The notes beneath the pieces are model-generated. The model was not told the origin of the DNA, searched no databases, and saw nothing but the letters and a program-made list of their open reading frames with translations. From positions 20,268 through 84,267 of the forward strand of contig JAJEJG010000002.1 of NCBI GenBank assembly GCA_022828225.1: a stretch of DNA of 64,000 nt, given 5' to 3'. This document shows, piece by piece, positions 26,386 through 35,710 of the stretch (within the stretch, counting starts at the first letter, position 1; the number at the start of each line of letters is the position of its first letter). The DNA is from Nitrospirales bacterium (lineage in GTDB: Bacteria > Nitrospirota > Nitrospiria > Nitrospirales > UBA8639). The position numbers and the translations under genes were made by a program.

Positions 26386-27170
26386 GATTGAAAATTCTCA
26401 GATCTTTCCGTTTTGCCCCGGTATTGGCGTTGTTGGCATTCGTCTTGCTGCAACCGGCCTATGCTCTTGATTGGAGCCGGACCGAACTGCATCTGCAATA
26501 CGGCAACCTGGCCGTGCCGACGTTTGCCGGCGGAGGGAATGCATACCATCTGATCTATACAGTGCAACATGCCAGTGGATGGAAATACGGGGACAACTTT
26601 TTTTTCGTCGACACGCTCGATGCCCAGAATTCGGAGTTTCAGGATTTCGACACCTATGGCGAGTGGTACGCGAACCTGAGCCTTGGCAAGATCACGGGCC
26701 GGAAGATCGGGGCCGGCATCGTTTCAGACGTCGGCGTGATTCTCGGCTTCAACTGGGCCCGCAAGCCCGGCATCAAAAAGTACCTGCCTGGCCTGCGGCT
26801 GTCCTTGGACCTTGATGGATTCGCGTTCGCCAATCTGGACTTCACGGCGTATATTGACGACAGCGACGGCGTCTCCTCCGGAGGGGCCCCGAGCGAAACC
26901 GATTCGTTCATGATTGACTTCAATTTCAGGCGGCCCTTCAAGATCGGCGAAGCCAGTTTCAGTATCGAAGGTCACGCGGAATATATCGGCGGGCGGAGGA
27001 ACGAGTTCGGCGGCACGGTCGAGCCCTGGATTCTTGCGCAGCCCCAATTGCGATGGAACGCGCACGAACGGTTTGCCTTGGGCATTGAATATCAGTTTTG
27101 GATGAACAAACTTGGCGACAGAGTCACTGATGAGAACGTAGTGCAGACGTTGTTTGTCTGGAAATTCTAG
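26382..27170 (+). CDS. Outer-membrane beta-barrel protein (Tsx/OmpK-like)
   Basis: Signal peptide ...LLQPAYA. Alternating amphipathic strands. C-terminal ...TLFVWKF with the terminal Phe typical of OMPs. Confidence 0.55.
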   Translation: MRLKILRSFRFAPVLALLAFVLLQPAYALDWSRTELHLQYGNLAVPTFAGGGNAYHLIYTVQHASGWKYGDNFFFVDTLDAQNSEFQDFDTYGEWYANLSLGKITGRKIGAGIVSDVGVILGFNWARKPGIKKYLPGLRLSLDLDGFAFANLDFTAYIDDSDGVSSGGAPSETDSFMIDFNFRRPFKIGEASFSIEGHAEYIGGRRNEFGGTVEPWILAQPQLRWNAHERFALGIEYQFWMNKLGDRVTDENVVQTLFVWKF

Positions 27171-27197
27171 CGCCGGGATGTGGGTAGGGCTTGTTCG

Positions 27198-27608
27198 ATG
27201 AACGGAAGGTTCCATAGACTCACCCTTGCGGGTCAGGTTCTCTTGCTATCGTGTTTTCCCCTGAGCGCGGTGGCGCAACAGGTTATCACGTCGTCGCTTT
27301 TGTCTCGGGCAACCGGTTCAACGCAGGCAGAGGTTCCCGTGGATCCAGTGTTCCCGATGACGACGGGTATTGTTCTGGCGTTTCATGAATGGCCCGATGA
27401 GGAGGAAAAAGCCGGCATTCTTCGAGACGCACAAAAAGCGGGTCTGCAAAAAGACAAAGAAGAGCTTGAGTATACCAAGGTATGGTTTTTTACGTGGAGA
27501 GATCAAAAGCCACGAAATCTCATAGAGGCGTACTGGATTTGCAAAACGTTTTCTGCCTTGTCCACGTTACGGTACTGCAGGCCGATGCACGTGAGCGTAC
27601 CTAAATGA
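27198..27608 (+). CDS. Hypothetical secreted protein
   Basis: 136 aa. Signal peptide LLLSCFPLSAVAQQ. Visibly lower GC than neighbouring genes. Confidence 0.4.
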   Translation: MNGRFHRLTLAGQVLLLSCFPLSAVAQQVITSSLLSRATGSTQAEVPVDPVFPMTTGIVLAFHEWPDEEEKAGILRDAQKAGLQKDKEELEYTKVWFFTWRDQKPRNLIEAYWICKTFSALSTLRYCRPMHVSVPK

Positions 27609-27641
27609 TGCTAACCCAATCGCAAGAAATGGAGTTCAAAG

Positions 27642-28106
27642 ATGCAACGCCCGCCATTCCCTCCTTTCACCGAAGAGACGGCAGCGCAAAAGGTGCGCAT
27701 GGCCGAAGATGCATGGAACGGTCGCGATCCCGCCAAGGTCGCCCTTGCGTACACCCCCGACAGCCAATGGCGAAACCGCACCGAATTTCTTAATGGTCGT
27801 GCTGAGATCGAAGCCTTTCTGACCAGGAAATGGAACAGGGAACTCGATTATCGACTGATCAAGGAACTCTGGACGTTCGGCGAGAATCGTATTGCCGTTC
27901 GTTTCGCCTACGAATACCACGACGACAGCGGGAATTGGTTCCGCGCCTACGGCAATGAGAATTGGGAGTTCGACGAAAACGGCTTGATGCGCCGACGGAT
28001 CGCCAGCATCAATGACCTGCCCATGGCTGAAAGCGATCGCAAGTTTCGATGGCCTTCGGGTCGCCGTCCCGACAACCATCCTGGTTTGAGTGACCTTGGA
28101 CTGTGA
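27642..28106 (+). CDS. DUF1348 (NTF2/SnoaL-like) protein
   Basis: [43 protein letters not shown]...[14 protein letters not shown] is the characteristic DUF1348 sequence. Confidence 0.7.
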   Translation: MQRPPFPPFTEETAAQKVRMAEDAWNGRDPAKVALAYTPDSQWRNRTEFLNGRAEIEAFLTRKWNRELDYRLIKELWTFGENRIAVRFAYEYHDDSGNWFRAYGNENWEFDENGLMRRRIASINDLPMAESDRKFRWPSGRRPDNHPGLSDLGL

Positions 28107-28117
28107 ATGAAAATACA

Positions 28118-28184
28118 AAGATACTGGATTCCTTATAGATTGTCTGGATCCCTGATCAAGTCAGGGACAAGCGTCGAGAATGAC
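28118..28184. repeat. Family-A right arms only (A7)
   Basis: AAAGATACTGGATTCC...CTGGATCCCTGATCAAGTCAGGGACAAGCGTCGAGAATGAC. Confidence 0.65.
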
Positions 28185-28242
28185 CGATAAGGAAACGGCG
28201 GGGATGATAGGAGTGAGGGCTCTCCTGCATGCTCGGATTTGG

Positions 28243-28662
28243 CTACTGGGCCTTGGCGGCATCCTTGAAACGCAGGGATAGGGAGTTGATGCAGAACCGT
28301 TGGCCCGTGGGTGCGGGGCCGTCGTCAAAGACGTGTCCCAGGTGGGCATCGCAGTGGCTGCACGTGACTTCCACGCGCGTCATCCCGTAGCTGTGGTCGG
28401 TTTTCGTCCCCACGGCCGCTTCATTCGAGGGTTGCGTGAAACTCGGCCAGCCCGTGCCGGATTCAAACTTGTGGTCGGAACGGAACAGGGGGTTCTCACA
28501 ACAAATGCAGTGATACGTCCCGTCGGCTTTGTGGTGATAGTAGGGGCCACTGAACGCCGGTTCGGTCCCGGCCTGGCGGGTCACGTAATATTGTTCCGGG
28601 GTGAGTTGTTGCTTCCATTCATCCTCGGACTTGTGAATTTTATCGGTCATGTTTTCCCTCAT
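28243..28662 (-). CDS. msrB: Peptide-methionine (R)-S-oxide reductase MsrB
   Basis: GTEPAFSGPYYHHKADGTYHCICC...GTGWPSF...CSHCDAHLGHVFDDGP. ATGA overlap with the upstream gene. Confidence 0.92.
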   Translation of the reverse strand: MRENMTDKIHKSEDEWKQQLTPEQYYVTRQAGTEPAFSGPYYHHKADGTYHCICCENPLFRSDHKFESGTGWPSFTQPSNEAAVGTKTDHSYGMTRVEVTCSHCDAHLGHVFDDGPAPTGQRFCINSLSLRFKDAAKAQ

Positions 28663-29249
28663 CCCGACCCTCTCCCGGCGGGAGAGGGAGATGCCGATAA
28701 CATAGCGGCAGCGGCCTTTTTCTGCACGGCGTCCAGGATTGCGCGGTCATCCGTGCCGGCGTCCCACACGGTTTTCAAGAACTCGGCCGGTTCCATATTG
28801 ACGCTTCGCAAAAACGGCCGGTCGGCGCCACAGCCGAACATGATATCCGGTGCGAGTTCGCCGCGCAGTTTGGCACGGGCCTTGACGATGATACGGGGCA
28901 GCCATCGGTACCCGCCCATCTCGGCATAGCCGGATGGAAGGGTCGCTGATGGGATTACCGTGTCTGAGCGTTTCCCTTCTTGCACGGTCAGAAAGTACGT
29001 GCGACGCAGGTCGGTCATGGCCTCCACGGTTTCGAAGTCGGGCTCGCCGTCTTCCACCCAATCTTCCGCGAAATCATACAGTTCCTGGGCGGAGGTGCCG
29101 ATCGAATCGAGAAACTCGAGAGCCTCACGGCCAACGACCTGTTCAGGGTCGCGCCGGCCTTCTTCAAACCGTTGCACGGCTTGGTCGTAAATCTCGCGAA
29201 ATTGAGAAGTCCAGTCTTGAGAACTTGCGGGTGTCGTTTCCTTCGTCAT
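28659..29249 (-). CDS. DUF5069-like protein
   Basis: GGYRWLPRIIVKARAKLRGELAPDIMFGCGADRPFL resembles the DUF5069 core. The C-terminal SPSPAGRGSG tail is encoded by family-D repeat D2 (28668-28690). Start taken at ATG 29249; the track ORF opens at TTG 29285. Confidence 0.5.
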   Translation of the reverse strand: MTKETTPASSQDWTSQFREIYDQAVQRFEEGRRDPEQVVGREALEFLDSIGTSAQELYDFAEDWVEDGEPDFETVEAMTDLRRTYFLTVQEGKRSDTVIPSATLPSGYAEMGGYRWLPRIIVKARAKLRGELAPDIMFGCGADRPFLRSVNMEPAEFLKTVWDAGTDDRAILDAVQKKAAAAMLSASPSPAGRGSG

Positions 29250-29313
29250 GTCTATATTGTCCGGGCAAAATGGGGGCAACGTCAAGTTCTTCGTCTACAG
29301 CAGGAACATCTTA

Positions 29314-29356
29314 TTCCTCCCCTTTGTAAGGGGAGGACAGGGTGGGGAGGGTAGAG
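29314..29356. repeat. Family-B single unit (B6)
   Basis: TTCCTCCCCTTTGTAAGGGGAGGACAGGGTGGGGAGGGTAGAG. Confidence 0.8.
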
Positions 29357-29448
29357 CCCCGGTATTTGTAACCGCGCCATTTTATGGCGCTTCTTCTTGG
29401 CCGCATGAGATGCGGCAGCTACTTTTTTCTCTTCTTTGCAAAGGGGCG

Positions 29449-30795
29449 TCAGAGATCGGATGCGTTTGCCAGGCGGTGAAACGTCAGGTAGTCCATGGCT
29501 CCTTGGCGCACAGTGATTCCTTTGGCGAGGAGGTTGCGATGTGCGCGAGGCGTGGGCTTGCCCGTCAGCCACAATTCGACCGTCTTGACCTCTTTGGTGG
29601 AAGCCCAGGTTGCGACGGTTTCCGCGGCTTCGGCAAGTTCGGCTCTCCAGGAAAGATACTCGCTGGGCAGCATGCCGACCAACGTCTGATCGCGTGTCAA
29701 TCCCATCAAGAGCCTGTCGTCAATCGCCACGATTTCCGCAAAAGGTTTCACGTTCTGATGGTATGAGAGCAACATTTCAGCCATGCGTTGAAAAAACAAG
29801 GCCTCTTCCTCGAACCGGGCCGACGAGGCGACTTTAAAGAACGTTTTTCGATTCTTGACGATATTCATTTCAAACAACGCCTGGACCAATACCGTTTCAT
29901 GACGAGGAGAGTACCAGGGATGTTGCAGAAAGGCTTCGATAAGCGAGTCGTCAAGCTTCATGATTTCCAGTTTGTTACGGTTCAGGTGTCGAAGTTCTTC
30001 AGGCGTATGATCTCGTAAAAGTTCGCCGACGGTGGTACTGAACGACGTTCCGGTAAGCACGGCTCCGGCAGGGCCTCCAATGGGTAGCGTTGCGAATCGA
30101 ATGGCTGCGTCCCCGGCGTATCCCGCCCAACTTAAGCTATCCAGTTTTTTCTGCAGGAGCCGGTTGGAGGAATAGGCGTCCACACCAAAGTGATTGGCCA
30201 CCTGTCGTTTGACGGAAGAAAAACCCAGCAGTTCTGCGTTTTCGGGGTCTTCAAGGCTTCCCCGTTCGCCGACCGCCATTTCGCCGATGCGTGTCGCCAT
30301 ATGCCACATGCCCTTGGGTACGGCCAAAAGGGTTTCCGCCGGTTCAGTGAAGAGTCCCATTACAAATTTAAAGGGGCTCAGGATGGCGTGCTTCGCCCCC
30401 GCCGCCACACTTTGAATGTGATTCACTTCTTCATCCATGGTAGCGATCGCCTGAATCTCCTGAATGCGGATCTTGAGCATCTCACCCCCGTAGGCCTCGA
30501 ATTGGCCATACGGCGAGGTGATCCGGTACCGGTAAGTATGTCGAAAGGGGACAACCTCATCCAAAACGGTATGGTGTGACCCTTTGCGAACGTCAGGCGG
30601 GAGGATGGCTCTGGCGTCGAGAGTGGACGGGGTTTCATAGGCGGTGGTGGTCGAAGAATGAGGCAAAAGTGAAACGGCTGTGGCGAAATTTGCACAGAGC
30701 AGTGTCAAAAAGACGATGGTCGCAACGGTAAAACACCATTGTCGTTTCAAAGACGTCTGCTGCGTATGGGACGCGTTTCCCTCGTGTTTTCGCAT
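29449..30795 (-). CDS. Hypothetical exported protein (448 aa), unknown family
   Basis: N-terminal TM/signal FTVATIVFLTLLCANFATA. Good coding character. No recognisable motifs. Confidence 0.55.
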   Translation of the reverse strand: MRKHEGNASHTQQTSLKRQWCFTVATIVFLTLLCANFATAVSLLPHSSTTTAYETPSTLDARAILPPDVRKGSHHTVLDEVVPFRHTYRYRITSPYGQFEAYGGEMLKIRIQEIQAIATMDEEVNHIQSVAAGAKHAILSPFKFVMGLFTEPAETLLAVPKGMWHMATRIGEMAVGERGSLEDPENAELLGFSSVKRQVANHFGVDAYSSNRLLQKKLDSLSWAGYAGDAAIRFATLPIGGPAGAVLTGTSFSTTVGELLRDHTPEELRHLNRNKLEIMKLDDSLIEAFLQHPWYSPRHETVLVQALFEMNIVKNRKTFFKVASSARFEEEALFFQRMAEMLLSYHQNVKPFAEIVAIDDRLLMGLTRDQTLVGMLPSEYLSWRAELAEAAETVATWASTKEVKTVELWLTGKPTPRAHRNLLAKGITVRQGAMDYLTFHRLANASDL

Positions 30796-30941
30796 GAAAT
30801 CGGCCTCTCTTTGGCCTAGCCGTTTAGTTCAATAATCTTATTACTGCAAACTCCATTCCAAATATTCGTTTCGAGGGCTGCTATGCGCTAAAAAAGGGCC
30901 TTTTGGGCTGAAAACTCTTGATCAACAGGGTCGAATCAGCA

Positions 30942-30978
30942 GAAAAAAAGAGGAGCAAAGCGCAAAGCTTTGCTCCTC
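30942..30978 (-). terminator. Intrinsic terminator of the DsrE-like gene
   Basis: On the minus strand, GAGGAGCAAAGC-tttgc-GCTTTGCTCCTC (12-bp perfect stem) is followed by TTTTTTTC. Lies 22 nt after the stop at 31000. Confidence 0.75.
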
Positions 30979-30999
30979 CGGAAGAAAGATGAACCGGCC

Positions 31000-31464
31000 T
31001 TACGGCTTGATGTAGATATAGCCTTGTTGCTGAAGGTCGGCAATGCGTTTGACCGCGACGGGATGTTCGGTGGGTTGAAATCCCGCGACGAGTTTTTCCA
31101 GCGGTGTCCCGAACAGTTTCATCGAAACCTGGCACATTTCGGCGTCTATTCCTTTGTCCAGGGCGGACTTGAGTTTGGCTTTGAGTTTCGGATCGACACT
31201 GTCTGCCTTGAAAAGCTCGAGGGCCGGGCCATGGACCACAAGCTTCACGTCGATATTGTCCGGTCCGCCTTCGGCTTCAATATGTTTATTGATGAGTGCC
31301 ATCGCATAGGTGGCGGTGGCCAGATCTTTGCCATCGACGTGATACAGTACTTTTATTTTTTCTTTGGCCAGGACGGAGGCAGGGGCGACGACAAATGCGA
31401 TGCCAACGGCTAATGCCACGCCGGCAACGAGAGAGCAGAACATAGATGGTTTATGAGAGAGCAT
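31000..31464 (-). CDS. DsrE/DsrF-like family protein with signal peptide
   Basis: 154 aa from ATG 31464, with AAGGAGAA upstream. SLVAGVALAVGIAFVVAPASVLA, then KVLYHVDG...LVVHGPALELF in a DsrE-like layout. Confidence 0.5.
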   Translation of the reverse strand: MLSHKPSMFCSLVAGVALAVGIAFVVAPASVLAKEKIKVLYHVDGKDLATATYAMALINKHIEAEGGPDNIDVKLVVHGPALELFKADSVDPKLKAKLKSALDKGIDAEMCQVSMKLFGTPLEKLVAGFQPTEHPVAVKRIADLQQQGYIYIKP

Positions 31465-31637
31465 GGTTTTCTCCTTTGGAAGAAATGATAAAGCAACTCG
31501 AAATTTTCCTTGAATAGGAACATTATTCCAGCTTTCATCAGGAACAGGCAAGAAGACACAATGGAGCGGTGAAAGCAAAACCTCTTGCCCCCTTTGCTGG
31601 TACCCGCTAAGCTTGCCGGATTCTCCGGAAACACTGC

Positions 31638-32912
31638 ATGTCATTCATCGCCGACCTCCACATTCATTCCCGCTATTCCCGTGCCGTCAGCAGGGACATG
31701 GTCCCGGAGAGTCTCTATCGCTGGGCACAGCTTAAGGGGATTACCGTTGTCGGGACAGGAGACTTCACGCATCCCGCCTGGTTCACCGAACTTCAGGAGA
31801 AGCTCGAACCGGCCGAGTCGGGACTCTATCGCCTGAAGCCGGAATTGGCGGCTCCGGTAGATGCCGGAATTCCCGCGTCCTGCCGGGCCAAGGTCCGGTT
31901 CATGCTGACGACCGAGATCAGCAGTATCTATAAGCGCCATGACCGTACGCGCAAAGTGCATAACCTGATCTTTGCGCCGAGTTTCAGCGCCGTGGCGAAC
32001 ATGACGGACAAGCTGGCGCGTATCGGCAACCTTCATTCGGACGGACGGCCTATCCTGGGGTTGGACAGCGAGGAATTATTGCGAATCATGATCGAGCGCG
32101 CACCGGACGCTCTCTTTGTCCCGGCCCATGCCTGGACCCCGCACTTTTCGGTCTTCGGGGCCAACTCGGGATTTGATTCGCTGGAAGAATGTTTCGGGGA
32201 CTTGAGTCCGCATATCCACGTGATCGAAACCGGCCTGTCCTCGGATCCACCCATGAACTGGCGATTGAGCCAACTCGACGGCATTACCTTGATTTCCAAC
32301 TCCGATGCGCATTCGCCGAGCAAGCTCGGCCGGGAAGCCAACGTGTTGAGTGGCGACTTGTCGTTCGACGGCATCAAGGCAGCCTTTACGAGCGGCGACC
32401 CCGCGCTGTTCGAGGGGACGATCGAGTTTTTTCCCGAAGAGGGCAAGTACCATTACGACGGACACCGAAACTGCCAAGTCCGCCTGTCTCCGGAGGAAGC
32501 CAGAGCCCACGATGATGCCTGTCCCGAATGCGGAAAGCCCGTGACGCGTGGGGTCATGCACCGCGTCGAAATATTGGCCGACCAGCCTGCAGGGCATCGT
32601 GCTCAGAGGGCGTTGCCCTACCGGAGTCTGGTCCCGTTGGTGGAAGTCCGTGGCGCCGGAGTGAATACCAAAGGGGTCACCGAAGCCTATCATCAGTTGC
32701 TGGCGAGCCTGGGCAATGAGTTCGAGATTCTGATGAACGTGCCTATTGCGGCCATCGAAGAGAATGGAGGCGGCCTCCTTGCCCTTGCGATCCAACGCAT
32801 GCGCGAGGGCAACGTGACCATCGCCCCCGGCTACGACGGGGAGTACGGAACCGTTCGCCTGCTGTCCCAAGAGGACCGGCAAGCCGATGCCTCGCAAACG
32901 TCGTTGTTCTAG
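31638..32912 (+). CDS. Endonuclease Q-like PHP-domain protein (TIGR00375 family)
   Basis: MSFIADLHIHSRYSRAVS...GTGDFTHPAW PHP N-terminus. Zn-ribbon CPECGKPVTRGVMHRV. Adjacent to a UvrD helicase, as is usual for this family. Confidence 0.65.
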   Translation: MSFIADLHIHSRYSRAVSRDMVPESLYRWAQLKGITVVGTGDFTHPAWFTELQEKLEPAESGLYRLKPELAAPVDAGIPASCRAKVRFMLTTEISSIYKRHDRTRKVHNLIFAPSFSAVANMTDKLARIGNLHSDGRPILGLDSEELLRIMIERAPDALFVPAHAWTPHFSVFGANSGFDSLEECFGDLSPHIHVIETGLSSDPPMNWRLSQLDGITLISNSDAHSPSKLGREANVLSGDLSFDGIKAAFTSGDPALFEGTIEFFPEEGKYHYDGHRNCQVRLSPEEARAHDDACPECGKPVTRGVMHRVEILADQPAGHRAQRALPYRSLVPLVEVRGAGVNTKGVTEAYHQLLASLGNEFEILMNVPIAAIEENGGGLLALAIQRMREGNVTIAPGYDGEYGTVRLLSQEDRQADASQTSLF

Positions 32913-32964
32913 CTCCTACCTCCCTCTTCGGTGCTGGGACAAGCGTATTGGTGCTCATCATTAT

Positions 32965-33083
32965 TTCCTCCCCTTTGTAAGGGGAGGATAGGAGGGGTAG
33001 AGTCCACCGGCCATGGGGCACGAGGCTTTGCCGTTCTGCCCACAGCCTCTACCTCCCCTCGCCCCTCCTTACAAAGGAGGGGA
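32965..33083. repeat. Family-B inverted pair (B7)
   Basis: Units at 32965-33002 and 33047-33083, between the EndoQ-like gene and uvrD. Confidence 0.85.
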
Positions 33084-33109
33084 ACCAGGAAACGACAAGT
33101 GAGGTATAC

Positions 33110-35104
33110 ATGAACGTCGAGACCAACCGTTGGCTCGAGGACCTCAATGACCGGCAGCGGGAAGCCGTGCTTGCCGGTGACGGTCCGGTGCTTGTTGTCG
33201 CGGGACCCGGGACCGGCAAGACCAAAACGTTGACGGTTCGTCTCGCGTACCTGCTGGCTGAGAGGCGCATCGCGCCTGAGGCATTGCTGGCGGTGACCTT
33301 TACGACGCGGGCGGCGCGAGAAATGCGTGAGCGTCTGGAACGGCTCATCGGGTCACAGGCGGACCGGGTGGTCCTGGGAACCTTCCATGGCTTTTGTTTT
33401 CAATTGCTGAAAACAGAAGGACATCGACTCGACCTGCCGCCCGACTTCGGCGTGGCTGATCGCCGTGATCAGATCACGATCATGCAACGGGCCTTGCGGC
33501 GAGTGGGCGAGCCGGATACGCGAACCGCCACCCAACGGAAGCTGCACGAGGTGACCGCGTTCCGCCGGCGTCAAGCGAACGTTGAACCGCCGGTGGATGA
33601 CACGGGCATGACAGAAATTGCCGAAGCCTATCAACGACAATTGCGCAAATGCGAGTTGCTGGATTTCGATGAATTGTTGTTCCTCGGCGTGCGGCTGCTT
33701 GAAGGTTATGCCGACGTGAGGGAAAGCTTGCAACAACAATATGAGCACGTGTTGGTCGATGAATTTCAGGACGTCGATCCGGTGCAACGGCAACTGTTGC
33801 GGTTCCTGGCCGGCGACCGAAACCGCCTTTGGGCTGTGGGAGACGGCGACCAGGCGATCTACGCGTTTCGGGGCGCGGAGTCCGAGCATCTGTTACGGTT
33901 TGAACAGCATTTTCCGAATGGGCGGGTCATCACGTTGGAACAGAGTTATCGCTTCACCCCGCAGATTGCAGCCGTGGCTTCACAGGTCATCCGGCGGAAC
34001 GCGTCACGTCGGCCCGTGACTTTGAATACAGCGAATGCGTCCGGAGTGCCGGTTCACGTCGTGAGCTTTCCCGACGAACAGGCGGAAGCCGCGTGGATCG
34101 TCAGGCAGATCGAGGAAAGGGTGGGCGGCACGAGTCATTATCAACAGTACAGGGGAAAGGTGACCGACACCGTGAGCCAACGGGAGCAAAGCTTCCGGGA
34201 CGTGGCCGTGCTGTGTCGTCTTCACGCCCTGACGAAACCGCTTCAAGAGGCCTTGAGAAACTCGGGCATTCCGCATCGAGTCGTGGGCGAAGCCCGGTTC
34301 TTCGACAAGGCTATCGTCAAGGACGTGCTGGCGTACCTGCGGGTTATCCTGAATCCGCACGACGACAGCAGCTTTGCGCACGTGCTCAATCGTCCGCCTC
34401 GGGGTATCGGCGGTCAGACGCAAGCGGCCCTTGAAGCCGAGGCCGAGCGATACGGTCTCTCGCTGTATGCCGCCTTGGGACGATCCGCGGTCCTTTCGCC
34501 GTCTCAAACGAGAGGGGCCAAGTCGCTGGTCCAGCTCATGGATGACGTCCGGAAGAACAAGGACGAGCAATCTCTTTCACAGTTCATCGCGTACGTGGCC
34601 GACGTCACGGGTCTTCGGCAATGGCGGATCGACCAGGACCCGCGTCATGAGAACGACCTGTTGCTGCTGCGCTCGATCGCCGCGAAATATGACGGAGTCA
34701 ACACGGGAAAGGCGCTGGAGCAATTTCTGGAGGAAGCGTCGTTGGCCGTCGAGGTCGATGACTATGATGCCTCCATCGACGCGGTGAGCCTGATGACCAT
34801 CCATGCCGCGAAGGGATTGGAGTTTCCCGAAGTGATGCTCTGCGGGGTTGAAGAAGGGAGCCTGCCGCGCGAAAACGGAGACCTCGAGGAAGAACGGCGG
34901 CTGTTCTACGTCGGGTTGACGCGCGCGAAAGAACGGGTGTGGCTCCTCCATTGCCGCAGCCGGTTCTTGTTCGGGGAACGCAGAGACCGTGACCCGTCGC
35001 GTTTTCTTCAGGAATTCGACGAGAGCCTCAAAGAAACCACCATCATGCCCGACCGTCCCCGACGGTCCAAACCGGAACCGGAACAACTTTCTTTATTGGG
35101 GTGA
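33110..35104 (+). CDS. UvrD/PcrA-family ATP-dependent DNA helicase
   Basis: 664 aa. AGPGTGKT Walker A, DEFQD, TIHAAKGLEFP, LFYVGLTRA. Confidence 0.88.
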   Translation: MNVETNRWLEDLNDRQREAVLAGDGPVLVVAGPGTGKTKTLTVRLAYLLAERRIAPEALLAVTFTTRAAREMRERLERLIGSQADRVVLGTFHGFCFQLLKTEGHRLDLPPDFGVADRRDQITIMQRALRRVGEPDTRTATQRKLHEVTAFRRRQANVEPPVDDTGMTEIAEAYQRQLRKCELLDFDELLFLGVRLLEGYADVRESLQQQYEHVLVDEFQDVDPVQRQLLRFLAGDRNRLWAVGDGDQAIYAFRGAESEHLLRFEQHFPNGRVITLEQSYRFTPQIAAVASQVIRRNASRRPVTLNTANASGVPVHVVSFPDEQAEAAWIVRQIEERVGGTSHYQQYRGKVTDTVSQREQSFRDVAVLCRLHALTKPLQEALRNSGIPHRVVGEARFFDKAIVKDVLAYLRVILNPHDDSSFAHVLNRPPRGIGGQTQAALEAEAERYGLSLYAALGRSAVLSPSQTRGAKSLVQLMDDVRKNKDEQSLSQFIAYVADVTGLRQWRIDQDPRHENDLLLLRSIAAKYDGVNTGKALEQFLEEASLAVEVDDYDASIDAVSLMTIHAAKGLEFPEVMLCGVEEGSLPRENGDLEEERRLFYVGLTRAKERVWLLHCRSRFLFGERRDRDPSRFLQEFDESLKETTIMPDRPRRSKPEPEQLSLLG

Positions 35105-35107
35105 TTA

Positions 35108-35127
35108 TTCCTCCCCTTTGTAAGAGG
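35108..35127. repeat. Left half of a split family-B unit (B8) including the left copy of the duplication
   Basis: TTCCTC-CCCTTTGTAAGAGG. 35114-35127 matches 35660-35673 (CCCTTTGTAAGGGG) at 13 of 14 positions. Confidence 0.7.
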
Positions 35128-35659
35128 AATTATGTAGCAAGATCCGCTGGCAAGAAAATCACCACTGTTCCGACTCATACTGCAAGGTATTTGGACATTC
35201 ACCTACTCAATATACTGAATCACCGTTCTTAAAATTACGAACATGAGCAGAAAAAACAGAATCGGTATGGATATGAACGTAAAAAGTCCTAGCAGTTCCC
35301 TTGCTTCGTTCGGAAATATGTCTTTTAGTGCATGCGCTAAAAACCCTTCTGATGTCACCGTCTCGTCCTTGTCTATAGTCGCACGATTACGATTATCTTG
35401 ACCATCTCTAGGCCAAACAATAAAGGCAACAAGGAAACCGACAAAGGCTATGATAAGCCATATCCAATGAGGTGCATCTGGAAACATGATGCCTACCCAA
35501 CACCCCAAAGCAAAAATCGCGGCTTCACAACAACCAATGGCGATAAGCTTTCGAGCCCACTCCATGCCGCAAACTTAGAATGGTGGCCGTGCTTTGTCAA
35601 AAGCATCTTTCCTGCCCAAAAAAATCACACCAAGTATTTGCGGATTTTGCTGCATAAAT
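35128..35659. mobile_element. 532-bp AT-rich element with terminal inverted repeats, one cargo ORF and no transposase
   Basis: Left end AATTATGTAGCAAGATCCGC (35128-35147). The reverse complement of the right end (35640-35659) is ATTTATGCAGCAAAATCCGC, a 17/20 match. Flanked by 14-bp direct repeats. Removing the element plus one repeat restores a canonical family-B unit. Confidence 0.75.
35203..35565 (-). CDS. Small integral membrane protein (cargo of the terminal-inverted-repeat element)
   Basis: 120 aa. Hydrophobic segments LIAIGCCEAAIFALGCWVGIMF, WIWLIIAFVGFLVAFIVW and LLGLFTFISIPILFFLLMFVIL. AT-rich codon usage unlike neighbouring genes. Confidence 0.55.
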   Translation of the reverse strand: MEWARKLIAIGCCEAAIFALGCWVGIMFPDAPHWIWLIIAFVGFLVAFIVWPRDGQDNRNRATIDKDETVTSEGFLAHALKDIFPNEARELLGLFTFISIPILFFLLMFVILRTVIQYIE

Positions 35660-35690
35660 CCCTTTGTAAGGGGAGGGCAGGGTGGGGTAG
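35660..35690. repeat. Right half of the split family-B unit (B9)
   Basis: CCCTTTGTAAGGGGAGGGCAGGGTGGGGTAG. Confidence 0.75.
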
Positions 35691-35710
35691 CGTCTTTGCT
35701 TTTCTTTTTC

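Noticed and set aside
26382-26470. RRGEIENS, in another frame just after the RHH pseudogene, as a remnant of a MazF N-terminus (RGEIW).
   Set aside because: The match covers only 4-5 residues, with no further MazF-like sequence downstream. The region encodes the porin signal peptide.
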